DNA of 62,435 nucleotides, the filler included, from Thermodesulfobacteriota bacterium (lineage in GTDB: Bacteria; DASVDK01): assembly GCA_036381125.1 (NCBI GenBank). It is 8 parts of 8 records of this genome, joined end to end, with 100 filler letters (N's around TTAATTAATTAA, not from the genome) between each part and the next. Parts side by side here need not be neighbours in the genome. Positions count along the whole stretch, not along the records: positions 23,377 to 42,476 come from DASVDK010000214.1; 7 more parts are not named here. One strand, 5' to 3'. The notes beneath the pieces are model-generated. The model worked only from the letters and a program-made list of their open reading frames with translations, had not been told where the DNA came from and did no database searches. A program made the translations under genes and the position numbers. Below, piece after piece: positions 27,939 to 38,227 of this stretch; the first letter of the stretch is position 1; each line of letters starts with the position of its first letter.

Positions 27939-28651
27939 TCGCCCCGGAAGACCGGCCGCGTCCCGGCGAAGAACGCCGCCACCGCCGCCTTGTGGTCGCG
28001 CGTCTCGACGAGCCGAGCGAAGAGGTCGTGCTCCATCGCCAGGGCCGCCGCCGGGCCGAGGTCGCGCGCCTGCCTCACCGCCCGCCTGGCGGCGGCGACG
28101 GCGAGCGGCGCGCGCGAGGCGATGGTCCCGGCCGCGGCGCGCGCCTCCTCGAGGAGCGAGGCCGCCGGGACCACGCGCGAGACGAGGCCGACGCGGCGGG
28201 CATCGCGGGCGTCGAGCGTGCGGCCGGTGAGCGCGACGTCGCGGGCCCCCGCCTCGCCGAGCAGGTGCACGAGGCGGGCCACGCAGCGGGCCGGCGCGCC
28301 GTCGATCCCGGCGGCGGCGACGCGCGCCGTCTCGGCCGCGATGCGCACGTCGGTCTCGAGAACGGCCGCCAGGGCGGGCCCGCCCACGTGCCCGTCGAGC
28401 GCCGCCACGACCGGAAGCCGCCCCTCCCTGAAGCGGCGCCGCACCTCGTCGGCCACGGCGGCCCCCTCGCCGCCGGACGGCCGGTCGCCCCACCCCGCGA
28501 CGACGACCGCACGCACGCTCCGGTCGGCCTCGAGCGACGCGAGCGCGTCGGCCAGCGCGCGCAGCCACCGGTCCGCCGGCCCCGGCGCGCCGGCCAGCAC
28601 GGCGACCGCTCCGTGCCGCGTCGCGGCGAGGTCCACGGCGGCCGCGCTCAC
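27935..28651 (-). CDS. Divergent crotonase-fold protein
   Basis: PVVAALDGHVGG; LTGRTLDA; DHKAAVAAFF...FRGE; degenerate N-terminus. Confidence 0.75.
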   Translation of the reverse strand: MSAAAVDLAATRHGAVAVLAGAPGPADRWLRALADALASLEADRSVRAVVVAGWGDRPSGGEGAAVADEVRRRFREGRLPVVAALDGHVGGPALAAVLETDVRIAAETARVAAAGIDGAPARCVARLVHLLGEAGARDVALTGRTLDARDARRVGLVSRVVPAASLLEEARAAAGTIASRAPLAVAAARRAVRQARDLGPAAALAMEHDLFARLVETRDHKAAVAAFFAGTRPVFRGE

Positions 28652-29823
28652 ACGACCCCCCTGCGCCGAAGCTCGGCGATCTCGCCCGGGCCGTAGCCGA
28701 TCTCCCGGAGCACCGCGTCGGTGTCCTCCCCGAGCCGCGGCGCCGCCTTGCGCACCGCGGCCGGAGACTTCTCGAGCTTGACCGGGTTGCCGAGCACCTT
28801 CACGCGCCCGGCCGTCGGGTGGTCGATCTCCTGGACCATCCCCCGCGCCTGCGCGTGCGGATCCGCCAGCGCCTCGGGCACGGTGTAGATCGGGCCGCAC
28901 GGCACGCCCGCGCGCTCGAGCACCGCCATCCAGTGCGCACGCGGCCGGGTGACGGTGACCCGCTCGAGGATCTCGGCCAGCTCGTTGCGGTTGTCGTGGC
29001 GGTCGCCCGGCGCGGCGAAGCGAGGGTCGGTGATCAGCTCGGGCAGGCCGAGCGCCTCGGCGAGGCGGTGCCACATCCGCTCGTTGGCGCCGCCGACGGT
29101 GAAGTAGCCGTCGGACGCGCGCAGCGCCTGGTAGGGCGCGTTCAGCCGGTGGGCCGTGCCGAGCCGCCTGGGGACGCGTCCCGTGAACCAGTACTCGGTC
29201 GCCTCCCAGACCGAGAGCGCCAGCCCCGCCTCGAAGAGCGAGGTGTCCACGAACTGCCCGCGGCCGGTGACCCGCCGCGCCCTGAGGGCGCAGAGGATGC
29301 CGAACGCGGCGAACAGCCCGGCGCCGAGGTCGGTCACCGGCACGCCCACCTTGACGGGCGGCCCGCCCTCGGCCCCGGTGACGCTCATGATCCCGCTCAT
29401 GCCCTGCGCGACGAGGTCGAAGCCGCCGCGCGACGCGTAGGGCCCGGACTGCCCGAAGCCGGAGATGGAGCAGTAGACGAGGCGCGGGTTGACCTCCCGG
29501 AGCCTCGCGTAGTCGACGCCGAGACGCGCCGCGACGCCGGGTCGGAAGTTCTCCACCGCGACGTCGGCCGTGGCGATCAGGCGCGTGAAGACCGCGACCC
29601 CCTCCGGCTGCTTCAGGTCGAGCGTGATCCCCCGCTTGTTGCGGTTCACTGCGAGGAACGCCGACCTCGGGTCGACGCCGAGCTGGCGGCGCGTGCTGTC
29701 GCCGTCCGGCGGCTCGACCTTGATGACCTCGGCCCCCATGTCGCCGAGGAGCTGACTGCACGAGGGGCCGGCCATGACCTGGGTCTGGTCGACGACGCGG
29801 ATCCCCTCGAGCGGCCCCGCCAT
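28648..29823 (-). CDS. Family III CoA transferase
   Basis: PLEGIRVVDQTQVMAGP; NRNKRG; ENFRPG; paralogue of 24613-25797. Confidence 0.92.
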   Translation of the reverse strand: MAGPLEGIRVVDQTQVMAGPSCSQLLGDMGAEVIKVEPPDGDSTRRQLGVDPRSAFLAVNRNKRGITLDLKQPEGVAVFTRLIATADVAVENFRPGVAARLGVDYARLREVNPRLVYCSISGFGQSGPYASRGGFDLVAQGMSGIMSVTGAEGGPPVKVGVPVTDLGAGLFAAFGILCALRARRVTGRGQFVDTSLFEAGLALSVWEATEYWFTGRVPRRLGTAHRLNAPYQALRASDGYFTVGGANERMWHRLAEALGLPELITDPRFAAPGDRHDNRNELAEILERVTVTRPRAHWMAVLERAGVPCGPIYTVPEALADPHAQARGMVQEIDHPTAGRVKVLGNPVKLEKSPAAVRKAAPRLGEDTDAVLREIGYGPGEIAELRRRGVV

Positions 29824-29825
29824 GG

Positions 29826-30617
29826 TCAGCGGCCCCGCCACTGCGGCCTGCGCTTCTCGAGGAACGCGCGCACGCCTTCCTTGAAGTCCTCGCTCAGATA
29901 GCAGGAGAGGATGATGTCCTCGGCGTCCTTCACCGTGAAGGCCTCGAGGAGCCGGCGGCCGTACTCCTTCACGCCGGCGAGCGTGAGGGGCGCGAGCGTC
30001 GCGATGTGCGCCGCGAGCTCGCGGACGCGCGACTCGAGCGCCTCGCCGGGGTGGACCTCGTCGACGAGCCCGATGGCCTTCGCCTCGGCCGCGTCGACCA
30101 GGCGGGCGGTCAGGAGGATCTCCCGCGCGCGCACCGGCCCGACGGTGGCCGCGAGGAGCGCGACCCCCGTGGGCGCGACGATGTTGCCGAGCGTCCGCGC
30201 GATGGGGATGCCGAAGCGGGCGTGGCTCGCCGCGATGCGCAGGTCGCACGCGATCGCCATGCCGAGCCCGCCGCCGACCGCGTCCCCCTGCACCATGGCG
30301 ATGGTCGGCTTCGTCATCGCCACGACCCGCCTGAGGACGCGGCTCACGCGCGCCTCGTAGGCGAGGGCGTGCTCCGCGGTGGTGAAGTCGAGGAACTGGC
30401 GGATGTCGGTGCCCGTCACGAACGCCTTCGTGCCGGCGCCGCGCAGGACCACCACGCGGACCTCCGGGTCGGCGTCGAACCGCTCGCACGCGTCGTGGAG
30501 CCCCTCGTACATCTCGAAGGTCATGGCGTTGCGGGCGTCGGGACGGTTGAAGGTGACGATGGCGGTCGGACCGTCTCGCTCGATGAGGAGGTCGCCGCCC
30601 GTTGCCGGCTGGCTCAT
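29826..30617 (-). CDS. Crotonase-fold protein
   Basis: FNRPDARNAM; FVTGTDI; GIPIARTLG; SEDFKEGVRAFLEKRRP. Confidence 0.9.
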   Translation of the reverse strand: MSQPATGGDLLIERDGPTAIVTFNRPDARNAMTFEMYEGLHDACERFDADPEVRVVVLRGAGTKAFVTGTDIRQFLDFTTAEHALAYEARVSRVLRRVVAMTKPTIAMVQGDAVGGGLGMAIACDLRIAASHARFGIPIARTLGNIVAPTGVALLAATVGPVRAREILLTARLVDAAEAKAIGLVDEVHPGEALESRVRELAAHIATLAPLTLAGVKEYGRRLLEAFTVKDAEDIILSCYLSEDFKEGVRAFLEKRRPQWRGR

Positions 30618-30760
30618 GCTGACGTCGCTCCCGCGTGGCGGAACCTCCACTCCTCTATAGGATTGGAGGCGTAGTGGTCCAGGCTATCGGAGCCGCCGGG
30701 GCCGGTCAAGCGAAAAGCCGTTCGACGCCCGCCCGGGCGTCGAACGGCAGGCCCGGCTCG

Positions 30761-31510
30761 CTAGAGCTGCTCCGGCTCGAGCGTCACCGTGCAGCGGTAG
30801 AGATCGGCCCGGTACTCGCCGCTCGAGACCAGCACGCCGCGTCCGCGCGCGTCGTGATACGTGCGAGCGATGTGGAGGATGGGGAACCCGAGCGGGACCC
30901 GCAGGAGCTTGGCGGCGGTCGCGCCCGCCACGTGCGCGCCGATCGACTGCTCGCACCGCCCCATCCGCACGCCGCAGAAGCGTTCGAGGAGCGACACGAG
31001 CGGCGCCCTGGCCAGCTCGGCCGTGGGGAGGTCGGCGTCGAAGGCCCCCGGGACGAACGACTCCAGGTACGCCAGGACCCGGCCACGCACCGAGACGAGC
31101 CGCCGGAACATGGTCGCCTCGTCGCTGTCGCCGAGGCCGAGCGAGAGGCGCACCTCGGGCGGCGGCACGAGCCGGCGCCGCGACAGGAGGCGCACGCGCG
31201 AGTCGGGCTCGAACTGCATGAGGTCGACGAGCGAGCCGGTGAGCCGCGGGCTGTTCACGCGGGGCGCGGGCTGCAGGACGATCGTCCCCCTGCCCTGGTG
31301 GCGCGAGACGTGCCCTTCGTCGACGAGCATCTGGATCGCTCGGCGCATGGTCCCCACACTCACGTCGAACTCGCGCGCGAGGTCCTGTTCGGCGGGGAGG
31401 AGGTCGCCCGCCTTCCAGGTGGTCCCGAGGTGGTTCCGGAGGACGAGCGCGATCTGGTAGTAGAGTGGTGTCGGCGGGTGCGTCCAGTCCACCGTTGGCC
31501 GGACCGTCAT
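30761..31510 (-). CDS. GntR family (HutC/UTRA) regulator
   Basis: PLYYQIA; LPAEQDLAREFDVS; HQGRGT; YRADLY; TTGACT-N17-TAGAAG upstream. Confidence 0.88.
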   Translation of the reverse strand: MTVRPTVDWTHPPTPLYYQIALVLRNHLGTTWKAGDLLPAEQDLAREFDVSVGTMRRAIQMLVDEGHVSRHQGRGTIVLQPAPRVNSPRLTGSLVDLMQFEPDSRVRLLSRRRLVPPPEVRLSLGLGDSDEATMFRRLVSVRGRVLAYLESFVPGAFDADLPTAELARAPLVSLLERFCGVRMGRCEQSIGAHVAGATAAKLLRVPLGFPILHIARTYHDARGRGVLVSSGEYRADLYRCTVTLEPEQL

Positions 31511-31676
31511 ACCGCTACTTCTAGTCTCGGCCGTGCGCGAAGTCAACCGGCGCCGGTCGCCGCCGCGTCGAGCGGGCGGCCATCGTACCTGGTAGCATGG
31601 GCCTGGCCCATGTGCTATATCTCCGCTCCTCCGGAGACGGCGCACCGTCACGCATCCGCCTGGTTGGAACCCGAAC

Positions 31677-32915
31677 GTGCCCGACACACCGACGAACGGC
31701 AGCCCTCGCGGCCCGGATCTCTCGGGCCTCAAGATCGACGAGCGCGCCAGGCGGCACCCGGCGCGCGTCGGCCCGCGCGCGATTGCCGTCGGGCTGGCGG
31801 TCCTCCTCGTCCTGTCCGCCGGCGCGTTCGCCCTGCTGCGGGAGGGCGCGCCGACTGTGAACGTCGTCACCGTGCGCGCGACCGCCGGAGGGGGCCGTCC
31901 GGCCCTGCTCAACGCGAGCGGGTACGTCACGCCTCGGCGGCGGGCCACGGTCGCGGCCAAGATCACCGCGCGGGTCAACGAGATCCTCGCCGAGGAGGGG
32001 ATGCACGTCGAGGCCGGGCAGGTCCTGGCGAGGCTCGACGACTCGGACGCCCGGGCGCGGCTCCTCTCGGCCAGGGCCGATCGCGACGCGACGGCCGCGA
32101 CGCTCGGCGAGCTGCGCGTGAACCTCGCCAACGCCGAGCGCGGGCTCGCGCGCATGGACGAGCTGTGGAAGGCGGGGTTCGTCGCCGAGCAGGCGCGCGA
32201 CCAGGCGGCCACCGCCGTGGAGGCGCTGAAGGCGCGCATCGCGCTCGCCCGTGAGCAGGTCGACGCCGCCGAGGCGCGCGTCCGGGTCGCCGAGCAGGAC
32301 CTCGACAACTGCACGGTGCGGGCCCCCTTCGGCGGCGTCGTCGTCTCGAAGGACGCCCAGCGCGGCGAGATGGTCTCGCCCGTCTCGGCCGGCGGCGGCT
32401 TCACGCGGACCGGGATCGCGACCATCGTCGACATGACGTCGCTCGAGATCGAGGTCGACGTGAACGAGTCGTACATCGCCCGGGTCCGTCCCGGCCAGCC
32501 GGTCACGGCCGTCCTCGACGCCTACCCCGACTGGCAGATCCCGGCGACGGTCCGCACCGTGATCCCGACCGCGGACCGGCAGAAGGCGACGGTGAAGGTC
32601 CGGGTGGCGTTCGACCGCTTGGACCCGCGCATCCTGCCGGACATGGGGGTGAAGGTCGCGTTCCTCGGCGAGGCGCCGAGCGCGCCGGCGGCGGCCGGCA
32701 CGGTCCTGGTCCCGCGGGCCGCCCTGCGCGAGGAGGGCGAGACCGTCGCCGTGTTCGTCCACCGGGAGGGCCGGGTCGAGCGGCGCGCGGTGCGCCTCGG
32801 CGGGACGCGAGGCGACGAGCGCGAGGTGATCGCGGGGCTCTCCGACGGCGAGGAAGTCGTCGTCAGCGGCATCGACACGCTGCGCGACGGCCAGCAGGTA
32901 CGGGTGAGACGGTAG
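31677..32915 (+). CDS. Efflux periplasmic adaptor (MacA/HlyD-like)
   Basis: [35 protein letters not shown]. Confidence 0.9.
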   Translation: MPDTPTNGSPRGPDLSGLKIDERARRHPARVGPRAIAVGLAVLLVLSAGAFALLREGAPTVNVVTVRATAGGGRPALLNASGYVTPRRRATVAAKITARVNEILAEEGMHVEAGQVLARLDDSDARARLLSARADRDATAATLGELRVNLANAERGLARMDELWKAGFVAEQARDQAATAVEALKARIALAREQVDAAEARVRVAEQDLDNCTVRAPFGGVVVSKDAQRGEMVSPVSAGGGFTRTGIATIVDMTSLEIEVDVNESYIARVRPGQPVTAVLDAYPDWQIPATVRTVIPTADRQKATVKVRVAFDRLDPRILPDMGVKVAFLGEAPSAPAAAGTVLVPRAALREEGETVAVFVHREGRVERRAVRLGGTRGDEREVIAGLSDGEEVVVSGIDTLRDGQQVRVRR

Positions 32916-32923
32916 GAGGCGCC

Positions 32924-33649
32924 ATGGCCAGGATCGACGGGCGGGGCGACGGCAGCAGCCTGATCCAGGCGCGCGGGCTCGGCAAGACGTACCGGCGCGG
33001 CGGCGAGGAGATCCACGTCCTCCAGGGGCTGAACCTCGACGTCGACCGCGGCGACTTCGTCGCGTTCATGGGGCCGAGCGGCTCGGGCAAGAGCACGCTG
33101 CTCAACCTCCTCGGCGGGCTCGACCTCCCCTCGGTCGGCAGCATCAGGGTGGACGGCGACGAGATCACGCGCATGTCGGCCCGCAAGCTGACGGCCTGGC
33201 GGGCGCGCCACGTGGGGTTCGTCTTCCAGATGTACAACCTGATCCCCGTGCTCACCGCCTTCCAGAACGTCGAGCTTCCGCTCCTGCTGACCGGGCTCTC
33301 GAAGCCCGAGCGCCGACGCCACGTGGAGACGGCGCTCGCGGTCGTCGGCCTCGCCGATCGCATGCACCACTACCCGCGACAGCTCTCGGGCGGGCAGGAG
33401 CAGCGGGTCGGCATCGCGCGCGCCATCGTGGCCGATCCGACCTTCCTGCTCTGCGACGAACCGACCGGCGACCTCGATCGCAAGAGCGCCGACGAGATCC
33501 TCGACCTCCTCGACCGGCTCGTCCGGGAGCACGGCAAGACCGTGCTCATGGTCACCCACGACCCGCTGGCCGCGGAACGGGCCCGGGTGGTCCTGCACCT
33601 GGAGAAGGGGGTTCTCGTGGAGGGCGCGACGGCGGGACGGGGCCGATGA
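32924..33649 (+). CDS. ABC ATP-binding protein (LolD/MacB type)
   Basis: [30 protein letters not shown]. Confidence 0.92.
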   Translation: MARIDGRGDGSSLIQARGLGKTYRRGGEEIHVLQGLNLDVDRGDFVAFMGPSGSGKSTLLNLLGGLDLPSVGSIRVDGDEITRMSARKLTAWRARHVGFVFQMYNLIPVLTAFQNVELPLLLTGLSKPERRRHVETALAVVGLADRMHHYPRQLSGGQEQRVGIARAIVADPTFLLCDEPTGDLDRKSADEILDLLDRLVREHGKTVLMVTHDPLAAERARVVLHLEKGVLVEGATAGRGR

Positions 33650-34788
33650 AGTACCGCCACCTGGTCCTCGCCAACCTGTTCCGCAAGAAGGTCCGGACCG
33701 TCCTGACCGTCGGCTCCTTCGCGGTCGCCCTCTTCCTGTTCGGCATCCTCGCGGTCGTCCACGGCGCGTTCCAGCAGGGGGTGGAGGTGGCCGGCGCCGA
33801 CCGGCTCGTGGTCGTCAACCGGGTCTCGATCATCCAGCCGCTCCCCCTCGCCTACCGGGACCGGCTGGCCCGCATGCCCGGGATCACCGGCGTGACGTTC
33901 GCGAACTGGTTCGGCGGCGTCTACCAGGAGGAGCGCAACTTCTTCCCGCAGTTCGCCATCGACCCCGAGGGCTACCGGCAGATGTTCCCCGAGTTCGTCG
34001 TGCCCGACGACCAGTGGCAGGCGTTCCTGGGCGACAAGGAGGGGGCGATCGTCGGCGAGTCCCTGGCGGAGCGCTTCGGCTGGAAGGTAGGCGACCGCAT
34101 CCCCATTCGGGGCACCATCTACCCCGGCACCTGGGAGTTCAACATCCGCGGCGTCTATCGGGGCCGGCGGGCGGAGGACGACACCACGCAGTTCTGGTTC
34201 CGCTGGGACTACCTGGACGAGCGGATCGACGCGGAGCAGAGGGGCCGCGTCGGCTGGTACACGGTCCGGATCGCCGACCCCGACGACGCGGTGCGGATCG
34301 TCAAGGCGATCGACGAGGCGTTCGCCAACTCGCCCGCGGAGACCAGGACCGACACGGAGAAGGCCTTCGCGGCCTCCTGGGTCAAGCAGATGGGCAACAT
34401 CCAGCTCCTGATCCTGAGCGTCGGCGGCGTGGTCTTCTTCACGCTCCTGCTCGTGACCGGCAACACGATGGCCATCGCCGTGCGCGAGCGGACGCGTGAG
34501 CTCGCGGTCCTCAAGGCGGTCGGCTTCTCCGACCGCTTCGTGCTCGCGCTGGTCATCGCGGAGACGATCGTCATCGCGGCGGTCGGCGGCGGCATCGGGC
34601 TCGGGCTCGCGAAGCTCTTCACCCTGGGGGGCGATCCCACCGGCGGCTTCCTCCCCTTCTTCTACCTGCCTCCCGACGCGATGCTCCTCGGGTCGGCGGT
34701 CGCGGTCGCCGTGGGGCTCGCGGCGGGGATCCTGCCGGCGCTCTCCGCCGGCAGGCTGCGCGTCGTCGACGCGCTCAGGCGGGTCTGA
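33646..34788 (+). CDS. ABC permease (FtsX/MacB type)
   Basis: [22 protein letters not shown]. Confidence 0.9.
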   Translation: MKYRHLVLANLFRKKVRTVLTVGSFAVALFLFGILAVVHGAFQQGVEVAGADRLVVVNRVSIIQPLPLAYRDRLARMPGITGVTFANWFGGVYQEERNFFPQFAIDPEGYRQMFPEFVVPDDQWQAFLGDKEGAIVGESLAERFGWKVGDRIPIRGTIYPGTWEFNIRGVYRGRRAEDDTTQFWFRWDYLDERIDAEQRGRVGWYTVRIADPDDAVRIVKAIDEAFANSPAETRTDTEKAFAASWVKQMGNIQLLILSVGGVVFFTLLLVTGNTMAIAVRERTRELAVLKAVGFSDRFVLALVIAETIVIAAVGGGIGLGLAKLFTLGGDPTGGFLPFFYLPPDAMLLGSAVAVAVGLAAGILPALSAGRLRVVDALRRV

Positions 34789-34789
34789 C

Positions 34790-35959
34790 ATGGCCATTCC
34801 CCTGATCTACAACGTGCGGAGCCTCAAGGCGCGCTGGACCTCGTCGGTCGTGGCGGTGCTCGGCATCGCCGGGACGGTCGGCGTGTTCGTGGCCATGCTG
34901 TCGCTGGCGCGCGGCTTCGAGGCGGCGCTCGTGGCGTCGGGCTCCCCCCAGAACGCGATCGTCCGGCGGGCGGGCGCCACCTCCGAGCTGGACAGCAACA
35001 TCGTGCTCGACCAGGTGCGGGTCATCGAGGACGCGCCCGGCGTCGCGCGCGCCGACGGCCGCCCCCTGGTGAGCCCCGAGGTCGTCGTCGTGGCCCCCTT
35101 CCCGCTCAAGGCCCGCGACACCGACGCGAACGTCTCGGTGCGCGGCGTCTCGCCCCTGGCGCTCTCGGTGCGGCCGGCGGTGAGGGTGGTCGACGGCCGG
35201 TTCTTCGAGCCCGGGCTGAACGAGCTGGTCATCGGCCGGAACGTGGCCGCCAGCTACGGCGGGCTGGAACTCGGCCGGACCGTCCGGTTCGGCGGCAGCG
35301 CCTGGACCGTCGTCGGCGTGTTCGACGCCGGCGGGAGCGCGTTCGACTCCGAGATCTGGTGCGACGCCGCCGTCCTCAAGCAGGCGTTCCAGCGCCCCCC
35401 CAACTTCTTCCAGTCGGTCACCGTCCGACTCGCCTCCCCCGAGGCCCTCACCCGGTTCAAGGATGCGCTCACCACCGACCCCCGTCTGTCCGTACAGGTC
35501 GACCGGGAGGTGGACTACTACGCGAAGCAGTCGCGGGCGCTCACGACCCTCATCACCGTCCTGGGGAGCATCGTGGCGCTGGTGATGGGCGTCGGCGCCG
35601 TCTTCGGGGCGCTCAACACCATGTACTCGGCCGTCGCCGAGCGCTCGCGCGAGATCGCCACCATGCGGGCGATCGGGTTCGGCAGCGGCAGCGTCGTGCT
35701 GTCCTTCGTGGCCGAGGCCCTCTGCATCGCGCTCGTCGGCGGGATCCTCGGCTGCCTCGCCGTCCTGCCGCTGAACGGCCTCACGACCGGGACCATGAAC
35801 TGGGCGACCTTCTCCCACCTCGCCTTCGCGTTCCGCATCACGCCCGTCCTGCTCCTCTGGGGGCTCCTGTTCGCGCTCCTCATGGGGCTCGTCGGCGGCC
35901 TGCCGCCGGCCGTTCGCGCGGCCCGCGCGCGGATCGCGGCGACCCTGCGGGAACTCTGA
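34790..35959 (+). CDS. ABC permease (FtsX/MacB type)
   Basis: NTMYSAVAERSREIATMRAIGF. Confidence 0.9.
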   Translation: MAIPLIYNVRSLKARWTSSVVAVLGIAGTVGVFVAMLSLARGFEAALVASGSPQNAIVRRAGATSELDSNIVLDQVRVIEDAPGVARADGRPLVSPEVVVVAPFPLKARDTDANVSVRGVSPLALSVRPAVRVVDGRFFEPGLNELVIGRNVAASYGGLELGRTVRFGGSAWTVVGVFDAGGSAFDSEIWCDAAVLKQAFQRPPNFFQSVTVRLASPEALTRFKDALTTDPRLSVQVDREVDYYAKQSRALTTLITVLGSIVALVMGVGAVFGALNTMYSAVAERSREIATMRAIGFGSGSVVLSFVAEALCIALVGGILGCLAVLPLNGLTTGTMNWATFSHLAFAFRITPVLLLWGLLFALLMGLVGGLPPAVRAARARIAATLREL

Positions 35960-36002
35960 GATCGTGTGCCGTTTCACGCGTGCTCGGGCCGCGCTGCTCG
36001 TC

Positions 36003-36275
36003 CTACCGTCGCTGGGCGGCCGTGTCGGCCGCGGCGTAATCGGCCAGCCGTCTGCATTTCACGTGGCCCCAGACGCGCTCGTCCGGGTTGAGCTCCGGCG
36101 CGTAGGCCGGCAGCGACACGGTTTCGATCGCCGGCTGCGTGGCCACGTAGCCGCGGGCGCCGCTGATGCCGGCGCAGCTTGCGCAGCACGGAGAAAGAGC
36201 AGCCGGGCCGGCGCCGGCGTCAAGCAGTGGGCGATGGCCGCCTCGTCGCGCTCGCGCGCCCGGCGCCCCGGCAGT
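36003..36275 (-). pseudogene. IS630-family transposase remnant
   Basis: RRARERDEAAIA and LPAYAPELNPDERVWGHVK motifs in different frames; the DDE core between them is missing. Confidence 0.75.
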
Positions 36276-36432
36276 GGCGCTGGAGCACGGTGGTGACCCG
36301 AGCCGCCGTCCACCGCCGCAACGCCGTCCGGTTGAGCCGCGACCGGCGGCCGAGCCCGGCACGGGGATTCGGGAACGCCGCTTTCTGTTCCTTTTTCCAG
36401 GCTGGAATCATTGGAACCGATTTCGCCCGCGC

Positions 36433-36461
36433 TTGAAGCGACATACAGCGTGGGATAGAGT
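36433..36461 (+). promoter_or_regulatory. sigma70 promoter (leaderless) of the DHFR-family gene
   Basis: TTGAAG-N17-TAGAGT, 7 nt before the ATG. Confidence 0.6.
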
Positions 36462-36468
36462 CAGCGCC

Positions 36469-37017
36469 ATGGGGCTCTTGACCTTCGCGCTCAACGTGAC
36501 GCTGGACGGGTGTTACGACCACCGCGAAATGGTCGCCAACGACGAGATGCTCCGCTACTGGACACGCGTGATGGACGCGGCGGGAGCGATGCTCTTCGGG
36601 CGCCGGACTTACGAGCTGATGGAGGAGGCCTGGCCCCAGGTGGCGCGAGACCCGAAGGCGAAACCGTCGGACCGGGACTGGGCGAAGAAGCTCGAAGCCA
36701 AGCCCAAGTACGTGGTCTCGACTACGCGCCGCGACTTCCCGTGGAGCAACACGTATCACGTCGAAGGGAACCTGACCCGGGCGGTGAAGGCGTTGAAGAA
36801 GGCCACGCCGCGCGGACTGCTGGTGGGTAGCCCCAAACTTTCGGCCGCGCTTCAGCGCCTGGACCTCGTGGACGAATATCGCTTCGTGGTCCACCCCGTG
36901 GTGGCCGGGCACGGTCCGTTCTTGTTTTCCGGCCTGTGGCCATCATTGCGCCTGAAGTTCGTGACCGCGACACGGCTCAAATCGGGTATCGTGGCGTTGC
37001 ACTATCGCCGGCGCTAG
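36469..37017 (+). CDS. Dihydrofolate reductase/RibD C-terminal family protein
   Basis: NVTLDG; LFGRRTYELM; KYVVS; LVDEYRFVVHPVVAGHG. Confidence 0.88.
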   Translation: MGLLTFALNVTLDGCYDHREMVANDEMLRYWTRVMDAAGAMLFGRRTYELMEEAWPQVARDPKAKPSDRDWAKKLEAKPKYVVSTTRRDFPWSNTYHVEGNLTRAVKALKKATPRGLLVGSPKLSAALQRLDLVDEYRFVVHPVVAGHGPFLFSGLWPSLRLKFVTATRLKSGIVALHYRRR

Positions 37018-37098
37018 CTGTGGGTGCTTGAGGAAGTTGTTCGATGGTGCATCGGCTCCTCCGCCGCCCGGCTGGCAGCCCTCGGCCCCTGGCTGCGG

Positions 37099-37315
37099 AA
37101 CGTTCCTGATGGCTTCTGGGAGCAGATCGCCCCGCTCATTCCGGCTCGCCGGAATCGTGTACCGACTCCGCGCCGGCCGCCAGTGGAAGGCCCTGCCCAG
37201 GGAGTTCGGCTCTGGCTCGACCTGCCACCGACGCGTCAAGGCGTGGTGCGCCGCTCGCGTCTTCACCAAGGTCTTCTGCACGCGCCTCGAGTTCTACGGC
37301 CGCAGACGCGGCATC
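37099..37315 (+). pseudogene. IS5-family transposase N-terminal remnant (DUF4096-like)
   Basis: VPDGFWEQIAPLIP, then a frame change to LAGIVYRLRAGRQWKALPREFGSGSTCHRR. Confidence 0.75.
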
Positions 37316-37394
37316 CATGCGCGCTCATCGCGTTGCGCCAGGCCCTGTGACATTTTCGGGATCGGTTCCTGGTAATCCTCCGACAGTGTCGTCT

Positions 37395-37924
37395 CCAGCC
37401 GAATTTCGGCCGCTCGTCCGAGCGGAGCGCGCCGTGCCGGCACCAGCCCGCCCTCAGTAGCCACGCGCGGGCTGCCGTCACCGGACACGGCACGCCGGCC
37501 GAGGGAAAGACCCGCACTTCGCGCCACCCGTCGAACCACCGGGCCGACGAGCACGGATCCAGCGCGCCTTCGGCGGGCTGGTGCTTTCTCCCGTTCATCA
37601 GCACGTACACGAGCGCATGGCGCACCTCACGCGGAGTTGCCAGGTCCCGCCGGTGGTAGCGGTCCCCCCACACGCTCCCCGTTCGACGCAGCGCGCGGTT
37701 CACGGCGCGAGGCGAATCGCCTCGCGCAGCGCACCAGAGGCGCGCATGCCGCGCAGGCCTGGTAGCCCGGCGCGCGCACGCAGGGTGATGTGCGCGGGGT
37801 GCCGGGCGTCGTGGTAGGGGCGCGTCCGATGCGGCACGTTCGGCCGGGGACCACGCGGCCTGCGGCCGGCACCAGGGCGCCGGTCGCCCCAGGTGTCGGG
37901 GAGCGACAATGCCAGTTGACGCAC
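37395..37924 (-). pseudogene. Y1/HUH (RAYT-like) tyrosine transposase with internal deletion and frameshift
   Basis: WGDRRPGAGR...HPAHITLR, then NRALRRTGSVWGDRYH...ALVYVLMNGRKH...DPCSS; no HUH motif. Confidence 0.75.
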
Positions 37925-38021
37925 GGACGACCCTCTCGCGGAGCGTGCTGACGTGAACGCGGAGAGCCGATCGAAGAGAGGACGGGAGAGTCGGGAAAGA
38001 CGCGCCGCTCGATTGGGCAGT

Positions 38022-38050
38022 ATTCTATCGGATACCGATAGGGCAGTCAA
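38022..38050 (-). promoter_or_regulatory. sigma70 promoter with an internal palindrome upstream of the RAYT-like gene
   Basis: TTGACT-N17-TAGAAT; CTATCGG-N3-CCGATAG at 38025-38041. Confidence 0.55.
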
Positions 38051-38227
38051 GAAGCACGCACGGAGTCCACGCCGAGACATCGGCCAGGGCCGGCGGGAAG
38101 AGGTCCTTCGTCGGCTCTCCTCCGCGCTGCCGCATGGTGGAGCCACGCTCGTGCCGCCCGGCGAGTACGGGTTCGGTCGCCGGTCCGCAATCGTGATCAG
38201 CGCGATCCGAAGGTGATGAGTGGGGGC

